NCBI RefSeq assembly: GCF_033153115.1
Contig: NW_026889759.1
Coordinates: 11,222,001-11,286,000 of the forward strand
Origin: Saccostrea echinata
Lineage: Eukaryota
DNA length: 64,000 bases
Direction: 5' to 3'
Shown: one piece after another, positions 52,499 to 64,000 of the stretch
How positions within the stretch are numbered: position 1 is the first letter of the stretch
Layout of the letters: each line of letters begins with the position of its first letter
Notes under the pieces: model-generated
Database searches by the model: none
Seen by the model: the letters and a program-made list of their open reading frames with translations, nothing else
What the model was told of the DNA's origin: nothing
Translations under genes and position numbers: made by a program

Positions 52499-52899
52499 AG
52501 CCGTCACGGAAGCTCAGTCGGCAGAGCGCTCGCTCTGTGATCGGAAGGTCGTGTGTTCGAATCACGGTCGCGACTGACCTAAGTCGATAAAAAATAGGTA
52601 GCAACTGTTCCTTCGTCAAGCGCCCCGCACTTTGAAGTGAAAGTTGCGGGTCCTTCGGATAAAACCTTAAAAACCGAGGCCTCGGATGAGACCTTAAAAA
52701 CCGAGGCCCCGGATGAGACCTTAAAGACCGAGGCCCCGTGTCACGGTAGGCGTTGGCACGATAAAGAACCCTCAATGCTCAATGGCCCTGAGTGCCGAGT
52801 AAAGGTCTTAATTTGAAGCCCTTCACCGGTATATGGTGACGTCTCTATATGAGTGAAAAATTCTCGAACGTCCGGGACGTAAAACAACATACAATCAAT
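52499..52899 (+). mobile_element. Meta+Nin/Deu tRNA-SINE with an internal 27-bp triplication
   Basis: Boxes A and B, (CAAT)n tail, imperfect TSD CATATC.GCAC.T. Collinear with 39374-39718. Confidence 0.85.
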
Positions 52900-53454
52900 C
52901 ATATCTGCACTTTATTTTGGAGTTGCTTCCCTTCGTATCTTTAATTATTCATGAAGGTAAATAAAGAAAAATTACAACTGGTTGGCTGTTTCCATTATAT
53001 CCTTTACTGTAAATTGGAAATAAGAAAAAATTGGCATGTTTCTGGGTTTTTTTTTTTGTGTGGATTTGTTCGAAGTTACTACATGTTCTTCCTTCACCCG
53101 ACAAGTCCGTCGTATAGGACATTATCTGGTGCCCCTTGTGAAGGATTGCAACCTCCTTGGCACGCTAAAGATCGTTTCTTTGGTTTTCGAAAAAGAGTAT
53201 ATTCATAAGGGACCGCCAGAGAAACCCCAAAACCGTTCATAGAATATTTAAATTTATACCGCTGAAATATGGTTGAAATATTGCCGACTCGGAGTAAAAC
53301 AACAATAATCAATCAATCATCCGACCAAGAGAACAGTGGCTTGCTCAGGGGTAAAAAATTATTTTAAAAATTTCATTTACCAACTACTATATAACTATAC
53401 AAGGGAGGACGCATCTTCAACCCCTTCCTCACTTAAACTTCTACTTCTTATGTG

Positions 53455-53690
53455 TAACCCTTGTGACAAGACCTTCCTTTGGATACCAACAATCTTGATC
53501 TTGACCTAGGAGTTTGACCTACTTTTGAAAAACTAACTTGGTCATAACTTTTGAACGGTTGGTGCTAGGGCTTTCATACTTCACATATGTAATCCATGTG
53601 ACAAGACCTTTTTTGTATTCAAACAATTATATCCCATTGACCTTGACATTCTTTTGGAAAACTTTAACCTTGGGCATAACTTCAAGATGA
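53455..53690 (+). repeat. Fragment of the HINE repeat family seen at 40860-41385
   Basis: TGTGACAAGACCTT and GGAGTTTGACCTACTTTTGAAAA units. Confidence 0.65.
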
Positions 53691-53721
53691 ATTCATATTT
53701 TATTATTATTTTTTTTTTAAT

Positions 53722-56293
53722 TTAAAACTTCAATTGAATTCTGCGTTGTTTGGATTCGGCAAATCTAGTAAGTATATTGCGAACAGAAACTGCCTGGTGT
53801 CTGTGAATGAACAGCAAGGCAAGACCGACCAGGCGATCCTCATTCATTGTTGATCTCCCCCAGTGTTTCAGACGTCTCATTGCGGAAAAAGATCTTTCGC
53901 AAGGCACAGATCCAACTGGCATGGTGAGCAAAATACGGAAAATGACATGCAAATTTGGGTAAAAGTCCGAGTCAGCTAACATGATTGCATTGCTTAAGGA
54001 ATTTCTTTCAAAACCATCATTCGGCAAGTTTCCACAGAACACTTTCCAACGTTCGAATTCTTGATTAAACACATCTCTGTCCGGTAAATCATCTTGGAAC
54101 CTTTCTATAATATCTGCCAATTCGTCTCGGGTAAGTGTGTCTATCTGGCCTGGAAGAAGCTTGAAGGCTAGGAATGAAGGACGTGTCTCGTCAGAAAATC
54201 TGTCGTTGAGTTCCTTCAAACAATGATCAACAAATGGCAGGTAAGTATTTATTCTGTAGTATTCTTCAGCAGTGCCAGCAAGAACAGCATTTGCTCTGTG
54301 TTGCATATGACCCGCCGTTCTTGGTTTCTGTAACTCGATACCAATACTGTCAGCAATGGCTGATGCTTTTGACCATATACATCTCTGAAAAACTTCCTCA
54401 CAACGCTGATCATTAATAACTTGCTTGCAATTCTGTGCGTCAACAAAGGCCTTGTATACATCACATTTTGAACTCTGGAGAGCCAAAGTCAGAGGCTTCA
54501 TATAACTCAGTATGTGGTGTGCAACAACAATTGCAACAATAAATGAACTCTTCTCCATCATATTTATAAATGCAGTGGCTTTCGTACGAGCATCGGATAC
54601 AGTGCTTTCATTTCTGACATCTTCGAGCGTCGATAATATGGCTGCATACTTTCCAATGACAACTGAAAGAGTATCAACTCTAGCAGACCATCTATTTTCG
54701 CAAAGGTTAGGCAAGATGTTCACAGAAAACGATTTTTCTATGTTTGTTTTTATTACTTTCGGTTACCTCATTTTCGATATTTCCAATTAAATAATCAACT
54801 TGTTTTGCATTTGGCAAATGTCGTTTCATAATCGAAACTCTCTTTGGACTGGCCCCAAGAAACCATGTCAGCTGATTAACATCATCAAAGAGGTTTCTGA
54901 CCATAGGTATGTTCTTGCATGAAGAAGATATAACTAAATTCAGTGCATGTGCTCGACAGTGGTGGTACTCAGCAAGCGGTTGGACTTCCCGTATACGAGA
55001 ACAGACCCCAGATTTTGATCCAGACATAACGCTTGCCCCATCATAACCCTGCCCTCTAAGGTATTGTGTATCTAAATTACAGTCTTCAAGCTTTTGCAAA
55101 ATTGCATTACTTAGGGATGCTGCATCGACTGAATCTAGAGGAGCATATCCAATGAAGTCTTCGTTTACTTCATTGTTTTCATCCACATACCTGATGCATA
55201 TAGCCATTTGTTCAATATTGGCTACATCTGCACATTCATCGGCCATAACAGAAAACCATTTGGCAGTCCTTGTACGGGACAATATTGAGTTTAGTACTTC
55301 TTCTCCAGCTAACTCAATTATTTCATTTTGAATGTCGGGACTAAGATATTTTGCATTGTAAGCTGCATTTTCAAGGTGAGCTTTAAGAAAGGGTTTTTCT
55401 TTAGCCAACCAGTGAACAAAGAAATCAAAATTACCATCCTCCCGTTTTGTGATAGTGTCCCAACGATGACCTCTAAACGGAATATTCCGTTGACCGAGAG
55501 CAATGACTACGTTTATAATGTTTGACAATATTTCTCTGTTTTTAAGAACAGTATCTTCATAACTTTGAGATATACTGCTTTTGATGCTTTTTTCTTCCCC
55601 CGAATAAACTTTCATAAAGTTCACTGCCTTAACAAGAGCGTTTTGGTGAGCACTTGATTCCTCATGAATCTGTAGAGTACCTCTTTTAGAACCCGTAGCA
55701 TTTTTCCAGTCTCTGAGACCAGACGTTACAAGTTTGTCCGATTGATTTTGCTGACCAAAAGCAATGCATGGGGCACAAAATGCTGCATCTTTCGATAGCG
55801 AATATCTTAACCAAATGAATTTATCTTCCCAAGTTAAATTGTATCGTCTGCCATTGGTTACAGGAAATGAATATTTTTCGTGTGGAGAAGGACTCCATTT
55901 GCTTGACAGTATCTTTGATTTTTCAGCATCATCTAAAACTTTCTGTATAAAATTTACTGGATCCATCGACTCTGTTTTGGGTTTTTTTCTCTCGTTATAT
56001 TGCTCGGGCTTTGAAAGTTCTAATGTTGGCGTAATATATTCATCTGTTTGTGAAAAATAGGGAATTACTAGTAATAGAAGAATTTGTGGGGTTTTTTTTA
56101 TGGGAAGCAGGTTTGTAGTGCCTTAGTTAATTCTGAAACTATGTTTATAAGGATAAAAAAATTATTCACTAGTTTATAGGTTTTGTAAAATAGGCCTACC
56201 TGACGCCGATTCTAGACTGTCTTCTTTCCTTTTCCTCAGAAAGGATGTCAACTTTGTTTGCCCCTTTTTCTTTTGGTTTCTGTTTTGGTCCAT
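53722..56293 (-). pseudogene. hAT transposase with one intron (exon 1 56293-56200, exon 2 56043-53722) and a single frameshift near 54757
   Basis: TTF zinc finger, FSVMADE, GQGYDGAS, HCRAHALNL, RW, CERSFSAMRRLK. The phase-1 intron joins in frame to MDPVNF. Confidence 0.88.
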
Positions 56294-56566
56294 TTTTTTT
56301 TTTTAAATTTCCCACAAAAACTACTTTGAGGATTTAGTGGAACTAGAGCCCGATCTCATGAATTTTGATCCCGAACATATTGATATGAAAGCAAAACAAT
56401 TTAAAGCAAAACAGTTTATAGATTTGTTCGAATGTTTAATAATATGCATTAGATAAAAAAAGAATTAAATATTTTCTACAATGTATTATTAATTATGGGA
56501 ATTGAATGGTGCTGAAAAATCTAGTGAGGCAGTTGCCTCATTGCCTCAATGGAAGCTACGCCCCTG
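53722..56566 (-). mobile_element. hAT transposon (Tip100/ZMYM1-like); 5' TIR present, 3' TIR not found
   Basis: Terminus CAGGGGCGTAGCTTCC at 56566 with TGAGGCA subterminal repeats, upstream of the transposase gene. Confidence 0.85.
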
Positions 56567-59039
56567 GAAGCAAGGCCCTGTGACCTACGTAGACAACTGT
56601 TCGAGATCAGCATCTGTCAAATCTTTGCCCTTCCCAGAATAGTTGAATCAATAACAATTTGTTGACCCTGTCCTCTAAACATAGCCATGATGCTTTTCTT
56701 TTCTTGCTGTAGAGATGAATCTATCCGTTGAAGGAAGCACATTTGCTTCTTGTTTACCTCAGTAACATATACTTTAATAGCTTTCAGAGCATACAGAATT
56801 CTACACGAGAGATCACTCTCAATGATTGTTTAATAAGTGATAAAAAACTATAAATTATTTTTTTCTCCGGAACACCGTGCCTTGCCAATGTCCATTACAT
56901 GTATCTCAAGGAATTTGAAGTATAGTGTTGAAAATCATGCGTTTTGATGCTTTTAATTTTGAAAAAAATTGTAATTACAAATTTTCTAAAAGGTCTTTGG
57001 AGTTTTTCAGTATCTACACCTTTGATTATCACCATTCTTCAAATATGTTGATGTACAGTACTGCTAAGGTTTCTTCTTAATTGCTGTTAAATTTTTCCTG
57101 GGGGAGTCAAGAAAGACCCGGTAGAACATTTAATAGGACCCGCTATGTATATGTCTTTGTAAGGATTTTTCTGAAGTTTAGGAATCCAGTATAAGTATGG
57201 CTATTTATATTCAATTTGATTGTTGAACTATAGAATATATTTAAAATTGGCACACGATTTAGAAGAGTCTTCATTTTCAAGGGAACTTTTAGTACAAGTT
57301 GGATTACCACTTGTATAATCAAATCCAAGTTCCTCTAAGATGCAATTGTAATGTTACATAAAATCTGCAAAATACATTTCCTTCCAAGAAATTTTAAAGG
57401 CAAATTTGTTCCAATAAACCCACACAAGATCACCTTAGTTCAACAGCAGATTGAGGGTATATATGACTCAGTCTTGGCATTTATTCTAGCATACTACTAA
57501 TACGCGTTGAAACGTACCCCCCTTCCCCCCAAAATACTAGGTAAAAATAAAGGATGATTGTACAAAAGAAACAGTGCCCATTCAGTCTTATTAATGCATG
57601 TTCAATAAATCGAGATAGACAATTGTCTTTCAATGCGATATACATGTATGAAGAAAATTGTGTAAACTGAGGTCTGAAACCATGTTTGACGAGTCATATG
57701 ATCGCTGAGCACCGTGCAAAGGTAGCTTCGTGTCTCTCAATTTGTATATTTGCACTATAGTCGCTGCCTTGCCAGTTCTCGAAATGTAATTTTGAAATGG
57801 CAGAATTATAAACTTTGTAGTTCTAAGGCTGACTGAATCTGATATCAATTGCAAGAAGTCAGAGGGAAAAAAAACTAGTTAATTTTTGCACATAAATGTC
57901 TACTTTTGATAGAAGAGAACAGCTTTGAATTAAAATTTGATATGGATGATATTTTATTTTTTGTATAGATACTATCGAAAAAAAGTTGTCGCCAATATGT
58001 GTACTTTCTCCAGTTGTGGAGGGTCCTTTGAAGCAATTCCGAATGTGATGAATGAATCCCCTACAGCTTTAAAGATAATAGACAAAAAATCGGTAAAATA
58101 CAACAATCATTGATAAAAACAAGACCGTAAAAGATTTTCCTCAGCAAGACGGAGACATTTATCGCCTAGCGCAAATCACTATATTGGATAGAAATGATAG
58201 TGAATAATAACTCAATAATAACAATTACTTGTGATGATTAAAACATGTGACCCCGTTGGTGAATCAGAGAATGTCATTCAAAATATCTCCAATGGGGAAT
58301 ATCCGTGAAATAAATTGCAAGTGGACTAAAGAAAATTATCTGATTTTTACCTACTTGGACTGGTGGTAGAAGTATTGTGAAATGTTTTATCTCTGTTTCT
58401 CTCTTCCTTTCAAACAAGATTTCCAACATAATTATTTACCTTTTACAAAGTTAATAAAAGCCTGCTCCAGGAGAGTTCAAATTATGTCAAAAGATACCCT
58501 ACTTTTTTCAACCGCACATCTAGACCTTATGCTGTAGTGTCTATGCTTCTTGTTACATTTTTGTATCCTCCAGGGGCTTTTAGTCTTTGATGTCTCCAAA
58601 AAAGAAGCAGACATGTTATTTTTAGCATGGTTTATATTTGTATATCCGTTGGTCTTTGTGTCAAAGGTCGTGTCCTTGTAATAACTTTCGAACTCATAAT
58701 CTGAATGATTTTAACCGACTCTAACGTGTAATGTTCTTTACTCAAGGTTACATTTCGAAGCTCCATGTCACTGTAACACGAGATCAGTGAATTGATGATT
58801 TTTTTTAAAATCTTTTTTAAAAGTACTTAAATCTTTGGTGTTTTACTGCTATGAGTCATACATGTGTAAGTGTATTTCTATGGTTTAGTGCAAAGATCAA
58901 AGATAAGGTCACTAGGCAGGGAAAGTGAATAGATATCTTGACTTTAACCTTTGAGCCCTTAACATGAATTTAAACTTGATGATGCTGATCACCGATAGGT
59001 GTCTCATTACACTGGATAAAGTTTAAGGTCATGAAATGT

Positions 59040-59300
59040 ACAGATAACGAGAAGTGGTTCAAGCTCAAATCGAATAAAACTATAAAAACTGAGAGAAGGA
59101 CAGGCACAGACCCCGAGATACATCAGAGGTGGAACATTGTGAGTAAGCATGCCACGTTGACCATTCACACTCGCCCTCAGCCCTTTGTCTTAATCAGATA
59201 GACGAAGCAATCCGTAGGCACATCAGTTTGAAACCAGTGAAATCTATAATTTGTATGAATAACATTAGTCAACTCCATCGGCACTTACTTTCACAGGTAA
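59040..59300 (-). mobile_element. Third PLE 3'-end remnant
   Basis: CAGAGGTGG..GAGTAAGCAT..GTTGACC..TCACAC.CGCC corresponds to the tail of the other two copies. Confidence 0.6.
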
Positions 59301-59488
59301 GAATGTAGTTTTGTTCATATTATGGCTGGCAACAATATGTGCTCTTATTTACTGTTCACTGCACTTTTTCACGCCACCATTATTACAGTAAGACACTTAA
59401 TGATGATGGTGTCAAAAATGATATCTTAAATTTCATGGGATCACTTCTTCACAATAAGAAAAATCAAGTGTTGTACGCACAATTGTCA

Positions 59489-60150
59489 TTTTATACACCT
59501 CCCAACGAAGTTTTTTGGAGGTGGGGGGTTGGGGAATCACCTTGTCCGTCTGTCCGTGCTATCTTTTCTGGGTTATACCGTTGTAAAAAGAATGATTGGA
59601 AGCCCATATGATTGTTTATAATCTTGTGGTTTGTCCTGATATTGACACAAGGACAGTCTGGCAAGTTCAAGGTCACTGGTAAAAAAAAAACAAATTTACA
59701 AATTCTTTATGAGAAACGTTGAAAATTAATACTTCATGCAAATATAAGTTATAATTTGAAGGTGTGTCATAAACTTGACCAATGTCATCTGATCAAATTA
59801 AATCTCTTGTAGAAAAATGTTTAATTCCTGTCCTGACCATATTTTGTAATAGAGAACATTAGAGGCTCATTTGTCACAAATGTTGCATATGATCTGAGGG
59901 TATTTTGGCATAATCCAAGTTCATTACAGCAGTTCAAGGTCACTGGCCAAAAAAGTGTAGTTTTTGTGTCAAGTATCATACTTGATACAAAGATCAATGT
60001 TGCTTGTAGAAAAATAATTTATTCCTTCCCTGTACATATATTGTAATACAACTTATCACAAGTTCTGCAAATGATCTGAGGGTATTAATTGACCATAACC
60101 CAAGGTCATCAGCAAGTTCAAGAAATTTTATTTGTGTCCTGTCTACAACT
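59489..60150 (+). mobile_element. Decayed HINE-like element
   Basis: TTTTATAC.C start, GTCCGTCTGTCCG box, repeated GTTCAAGGTCACTGG units. Confidence 0.55.
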
Positions 60151-60747
60151 CTAAAATAGACGCAGTTTGTTGAAGTTTTGGAATCTGAGTACCCAGAATC
60201 CAGCTCTTGAAGAGACATTGAGAAAACAAAATGAAACTGGTCACTTAATGTATGGCAACGTGGTGAAAGTTTATTTGGACATATTTATTAAAAAATCTGA
60301 CTTAATGAATGAGTTTTAGAATTCTGGAAGGAAGTATTTAAGGAATAACAAGATATTGATAAATATCAGGAAGAATTGCTTGAACTTAAAAAAGGACATA
60401 ACAAAAAGATTTCTGAATGTAATTTCAGCACAGCTTACAAGAGATTTTCAAATTAGATGTCAAAAGACAGAAGACTAGTGCACACAGGAAAAAACAGTTG
60501 TGGAAAAAAAAACAGAGAAGTCTTTGAAATCAATAATCATAACATGAAAAAATATTCTTGAGAAAAATCCCAGAATAAAGAAGCATCACATATTTCTTTA
60601 AAATTAAAATTCAATGAAAAATCCAAAAATCTTTAATGAAAGGATGTTCACTAAAGAAAATTTAAACAACCTCTGCAAAGGGTATATAATAAAGGTTGCA
60701 AATTTTTTTTAAAGAGCAGAAAAGAAGTTTAAAAGTTAGCAATGGAC

Positions 60748-60752
<5 letters not shown>

Positions 60753-60789
<37 letters not shown>
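60753..60789. repeat. (TA)n microsatellite
   Basis: Direct inspection. Confidence 0.95.
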
Positions 60790-60791
<2 letters not shown>

Positions 60792-60931
60792 ACTAATACA
60801 AGTTTTTTAACTTGGTGCTTAAGAAAAATTTAACTGTCGACTAAAAATTTGCATTGGCGACTAATTTTTTTTTATTAGGAACCAGTTGGCGCCTAAATTT
60901 TAGAGATCACATAGAGGCCTGAATACAAATG

Positions 60932-61069
60932 GATTGAATGATTGCCTGTTGTTTGTTGTATGACGGTCAAGGGCTTCAAATTTAGACATACTCGCCACTC
61001 AGGGCCATTGAGCAATGAGGGTTCTTTATCGTGACAACGCCTATACCGTGACCTCAGTTTTTAAGGTCT
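60932..61069 (-). mobile_element. 3' part of a SINE cut by the LTR insertion
   Basis: Matches ~39450-39555 and ends at TTTTTAAGGTCT, where the LTR begins. Confidence 0.7.
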
Positions 61070-64000
61070 TGTTACGAACGCAGCTTCTTCCTGTCTATTT
61101 ATTTAAATGATTGGATAAATGATTTAATGTAACGACAAGACCATGTGAGCTAAATAGCCCCTCCAGCTTATCACTTATAAAATAATGATATGAAACATGT
61201 ACATAGCGTATTTGCATTTAATTTTATGATTCATAATTATTGGATTGTGTATCTATCGAAATGTTTATAACCCGAAATTCCTCGATGGGGATAAGAACGT
61301 CATATATAAACAGCGATCAGCTGATTTCAGAAACAGATTCCTAGCTCTCATCTGAGATCAAGACGTATCATGACTGATGAATCTCGTTGGGTAATTGTCG
61401 GTTCTAACTTTAATTAATGGGAGCTGATGCCTGATCCAAAATTGGGATAATCTATTAATAGGATCATTTGTATGAAATAATTTTATATTCATTGTATTTA
61501 GTGTATATTCTAGAGTGGGAGAAAGTTATGGGAGAGAGTTACTCCCACAAGTAATTTGATGCTCCCGCTAGATCCGTATTATTAAATCTACCTTTTATGT
61601 ATTATTATTCATTGTTGCTAATTATAGGATATTCTTTCGCTACATTTATATGAGTGGGAGAGACAAGGGTTAATTCAATAAAAAAATTATTTGTACTTTC
61701 ATAAAATTTCTTTACTGTTATGTTCAACAAACAGAGTTGGGAGACCCACACGTTACTTTCACATAGGTAAAACAGTGAAACGTAATATTGATGTCAGAAG
61801 TGGGATTTAATATTCCCATTCTTCTCGTTGAACGGGAGACTAAATCATAACAAAATAACACCAAACATATATAAATCTATTTAATTATCATAATTAAAAA
61901 AAAATGTCCCAAAACAATAGCAAGTTAGAAGATTCAGAGGAGGTAATCTTTCATCCCAGGTCTTGTATTGGGAAAAATTTCTCCCTTGATCAAGATATGG
62001 ATCCTAAGGTGTCCTCTCCCAAACAGGCATCAGCCGCCCAACAAACTGAAAATATGAATGAACTTATATTGAATGCAATGCAAAACATGAGCAAAAAATT
62101 TCAATGCATGAAACATGATATGAAAGAAAAGATTTATGAAATGAGACAAGAATCTCTTAGATTACAAGCAGAAATTGACATATTAAAAAAATAAGGGTTA
62201 CCCTCCTCAAAACCCAACCACACAACAAGTAAATGGGAATAGGGAACATGTACCATAAAAACCCAGAATAACGGACTGTTTATCAGATGTAAATAGGAAC
62301 GAAAATGGGTTTACAAAACCCATCCTAAAGCCAACAATTGGAATAAAGCCCCAAACTTTTGATTGGGGGGAATGATTTTGACGAGTACCTCACGCAGTTC
62401 AAAATTCTTGCGCTATTACATAATTGAGATTACAGAACCAAGTGCCTTTATTTAGCCAGTAGTTTAACTGGGGGAGCAAGGGCTATTCTGACAGAATTAA
62501 ATGAAACCCAACAGCAAGATTTCGATTCACTTGTAAGTGTTTTGAACATGAGATATGGCTCAATAGAAAGAGCCGAAATGTATCGTGCAAGATTGAAAGG
62601 TCAAGTTAGGGGAGAAAAAGAATCACTCCCTGAATTAGCCCAGTCAAGAAAGAAGCTTACCAGACGGGCATATCCAACAGCTGACCCTGCTGTTATTAAT
62701 ACACTGGCATTAGACTATTTCATAGATGCCTTAACTGACCCTGATATGAGGCTGCGCCTACGGGAAGCAAGGCCGAAAGACATCAATGAAGCCGAGATAC
62801 TGGCTATCCGGCTTGAAAAATACAAACTTGCAGATGCCCAAAGAGGTCAAACAGTTAACAATATCAAAGTTAACAAAGAGAATGAACAAGACTCTTTAAC
62901 TGCTTTTAAACAAGCTGTAAGGGATGATATTCAATCCCTTACCAAAGAGATTAGAGACCTTGTGAAAAACACTCACTCAAAATATCCACAGAATGATCAT
63001 GGGGAGAGTAACCCATCCAACATGGGATATAGAAACCACTATGGTCAAAATAGGGGTAACAAAGATCACTTTTATAGACAAAATGACTCCCATCCTCAAA
63101 GATCGTCAAACTTTCCCGTGTCGAATTCGGGGGTCGGAAGTCGGCAGAGGAATGGGGTAGACCCCAGAAACATCCAATAGAAAATAATACTTGTGAACTC
63201 CAAGAGTCAGTCAAACTCAAACAAAATATTGAAAATAAAGAAATTAATCTGGGAGCAAAATCTCAGAAAAATAGAAATGATTCAAAAGAAATAAAAATAG
63301 GAGATATAAGGAAAATGTTCAACGAAGGAATTTATGTTGTTGGGAAAATTGAAAATCACCCAATTTCGATGTAAGTAGATACAGGAGCTAGCGTGACCAT
63401 ATTGAGCTCTGATATACTTGAAAATGTTGATCTGGGAAAGAAGATTAATTTAACACCATCCTCAGTGAAACTGACATCTGCAAATGGGGAGAGAATTGTT
63501 GTTTGAGGGGAATGTCCCATGAAAATAACTGTTGGAAATGCAACTGTTACTCACAATTTCTTAGTGGCAAATATCCTAAATAAGTGTATCTTAGGGATAG
63601 ATTTCATGCAACAAAATGCATGTGATATATTAGTAAAGAAAATGAACTTTAAAAAAAGGTAAAGAAGTACCTTGTGTTTACAGTGAAAATTTGGATGTCC
63701 CTTTCTGCAAAGTATTACTTGCCGAGGATATTTAAGTACCTCCAAATAGCGAGTTCATTGCACCTGGGAAGATAGAAAATGCATTATTCAAAAGCAGGGT
63801 GGCCCTTGTAGTTTGTTGAGAAACATGAATTATTAATTCCAAAGACCTTAGTTAAGGTGGAGGGGGAAGAAGTTCCCATTCGTTAATCGTTATACAAATT
63901 TGAATGACCATAGTGTGAAAATTCACAAAGGTACAGTTTTAGACACTATTGAGAATGTAGAAGAAATGTATGAGAATACTGAGACAGTTAATACCCTTTT
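61070..64000 (+). mobile_element. Ty3/Gypsy LTR retrotransposon, decayed and running off the window: 5' LTR 61070-61787, PBS 61789-61806, gag ~61904-63180, protease from ~63340
   Basis: LTR TGTTACG...CGTAATA, PBS TGATGTCAGAAGTGGGAT (tRNA-Leu-like), gag IKPQTF..YLASSLTGGA..ESLPELAQ..AYP..FIDAL, protease VDTGASVTILS and ILGIDF. Stops and frameshifts throughout. Confidence 0.88.

Noticed and set aside
52030-52575. tRNA genes (also ~39645-39718)
   Set aside because: The tRNA-like heads continue into SINE bodies with tails and TSDs, and the acceptor stems do not pair.
60200-60720. Possible LINE ORF2 remnant (similar hints at ~57100-57430 and ~49780-50350)
   Set aside because: A-rich, coding-like texture but no diagnostic motif I can support without a profile search.
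61070-64000. APOBEC-like G-to-A hypermutation of the Gypsy copy
   Set aside because: Only a few TGG>TGA-type changes are visible, mixed with other substitutions and indels, and there is no second copy to compare; ordinary decay suffices.

Overview
AT-rich eukaryotic genomic DNA with spliceosomal introns and two N-gaps. The repeat families suggest an oyster-like bivalve mollusc (inference). I can reconstruct two intact, convergent, multi-exon S1 serine protease genes. One is a 262-aa secreted chymotrypsin/elastase-like enzyme (+, 7992-16038). The other is a 458-aa, very basic TSP1-TSP1-trypsin with coagulation-type lineage markers (-, 31278-20272). The rest is a dense transposon landscape: a nested Ginger1-type element, Helentron-like (HINE) satellite carriers, Kolobok and Tigger MITEs, two hAT copies (one a single frameshift from intact), a two-gene Harbinger fossil, Meta/Nin-domain tRNA-SINEs, a Gypsy LTR element, an NHL-repeat pseudogene and three Penelope-like (PLE) fragments. 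The standout is the PLE copy at about 33955-35381, which carries dense, strand-specific A-to-G changes relative to sister copies in the same window. It looks like an ADAR-hyperedited RNA that was reverse transcribed and fixed in the genome, and an unedited MITE inserted into it serves as an internal control.
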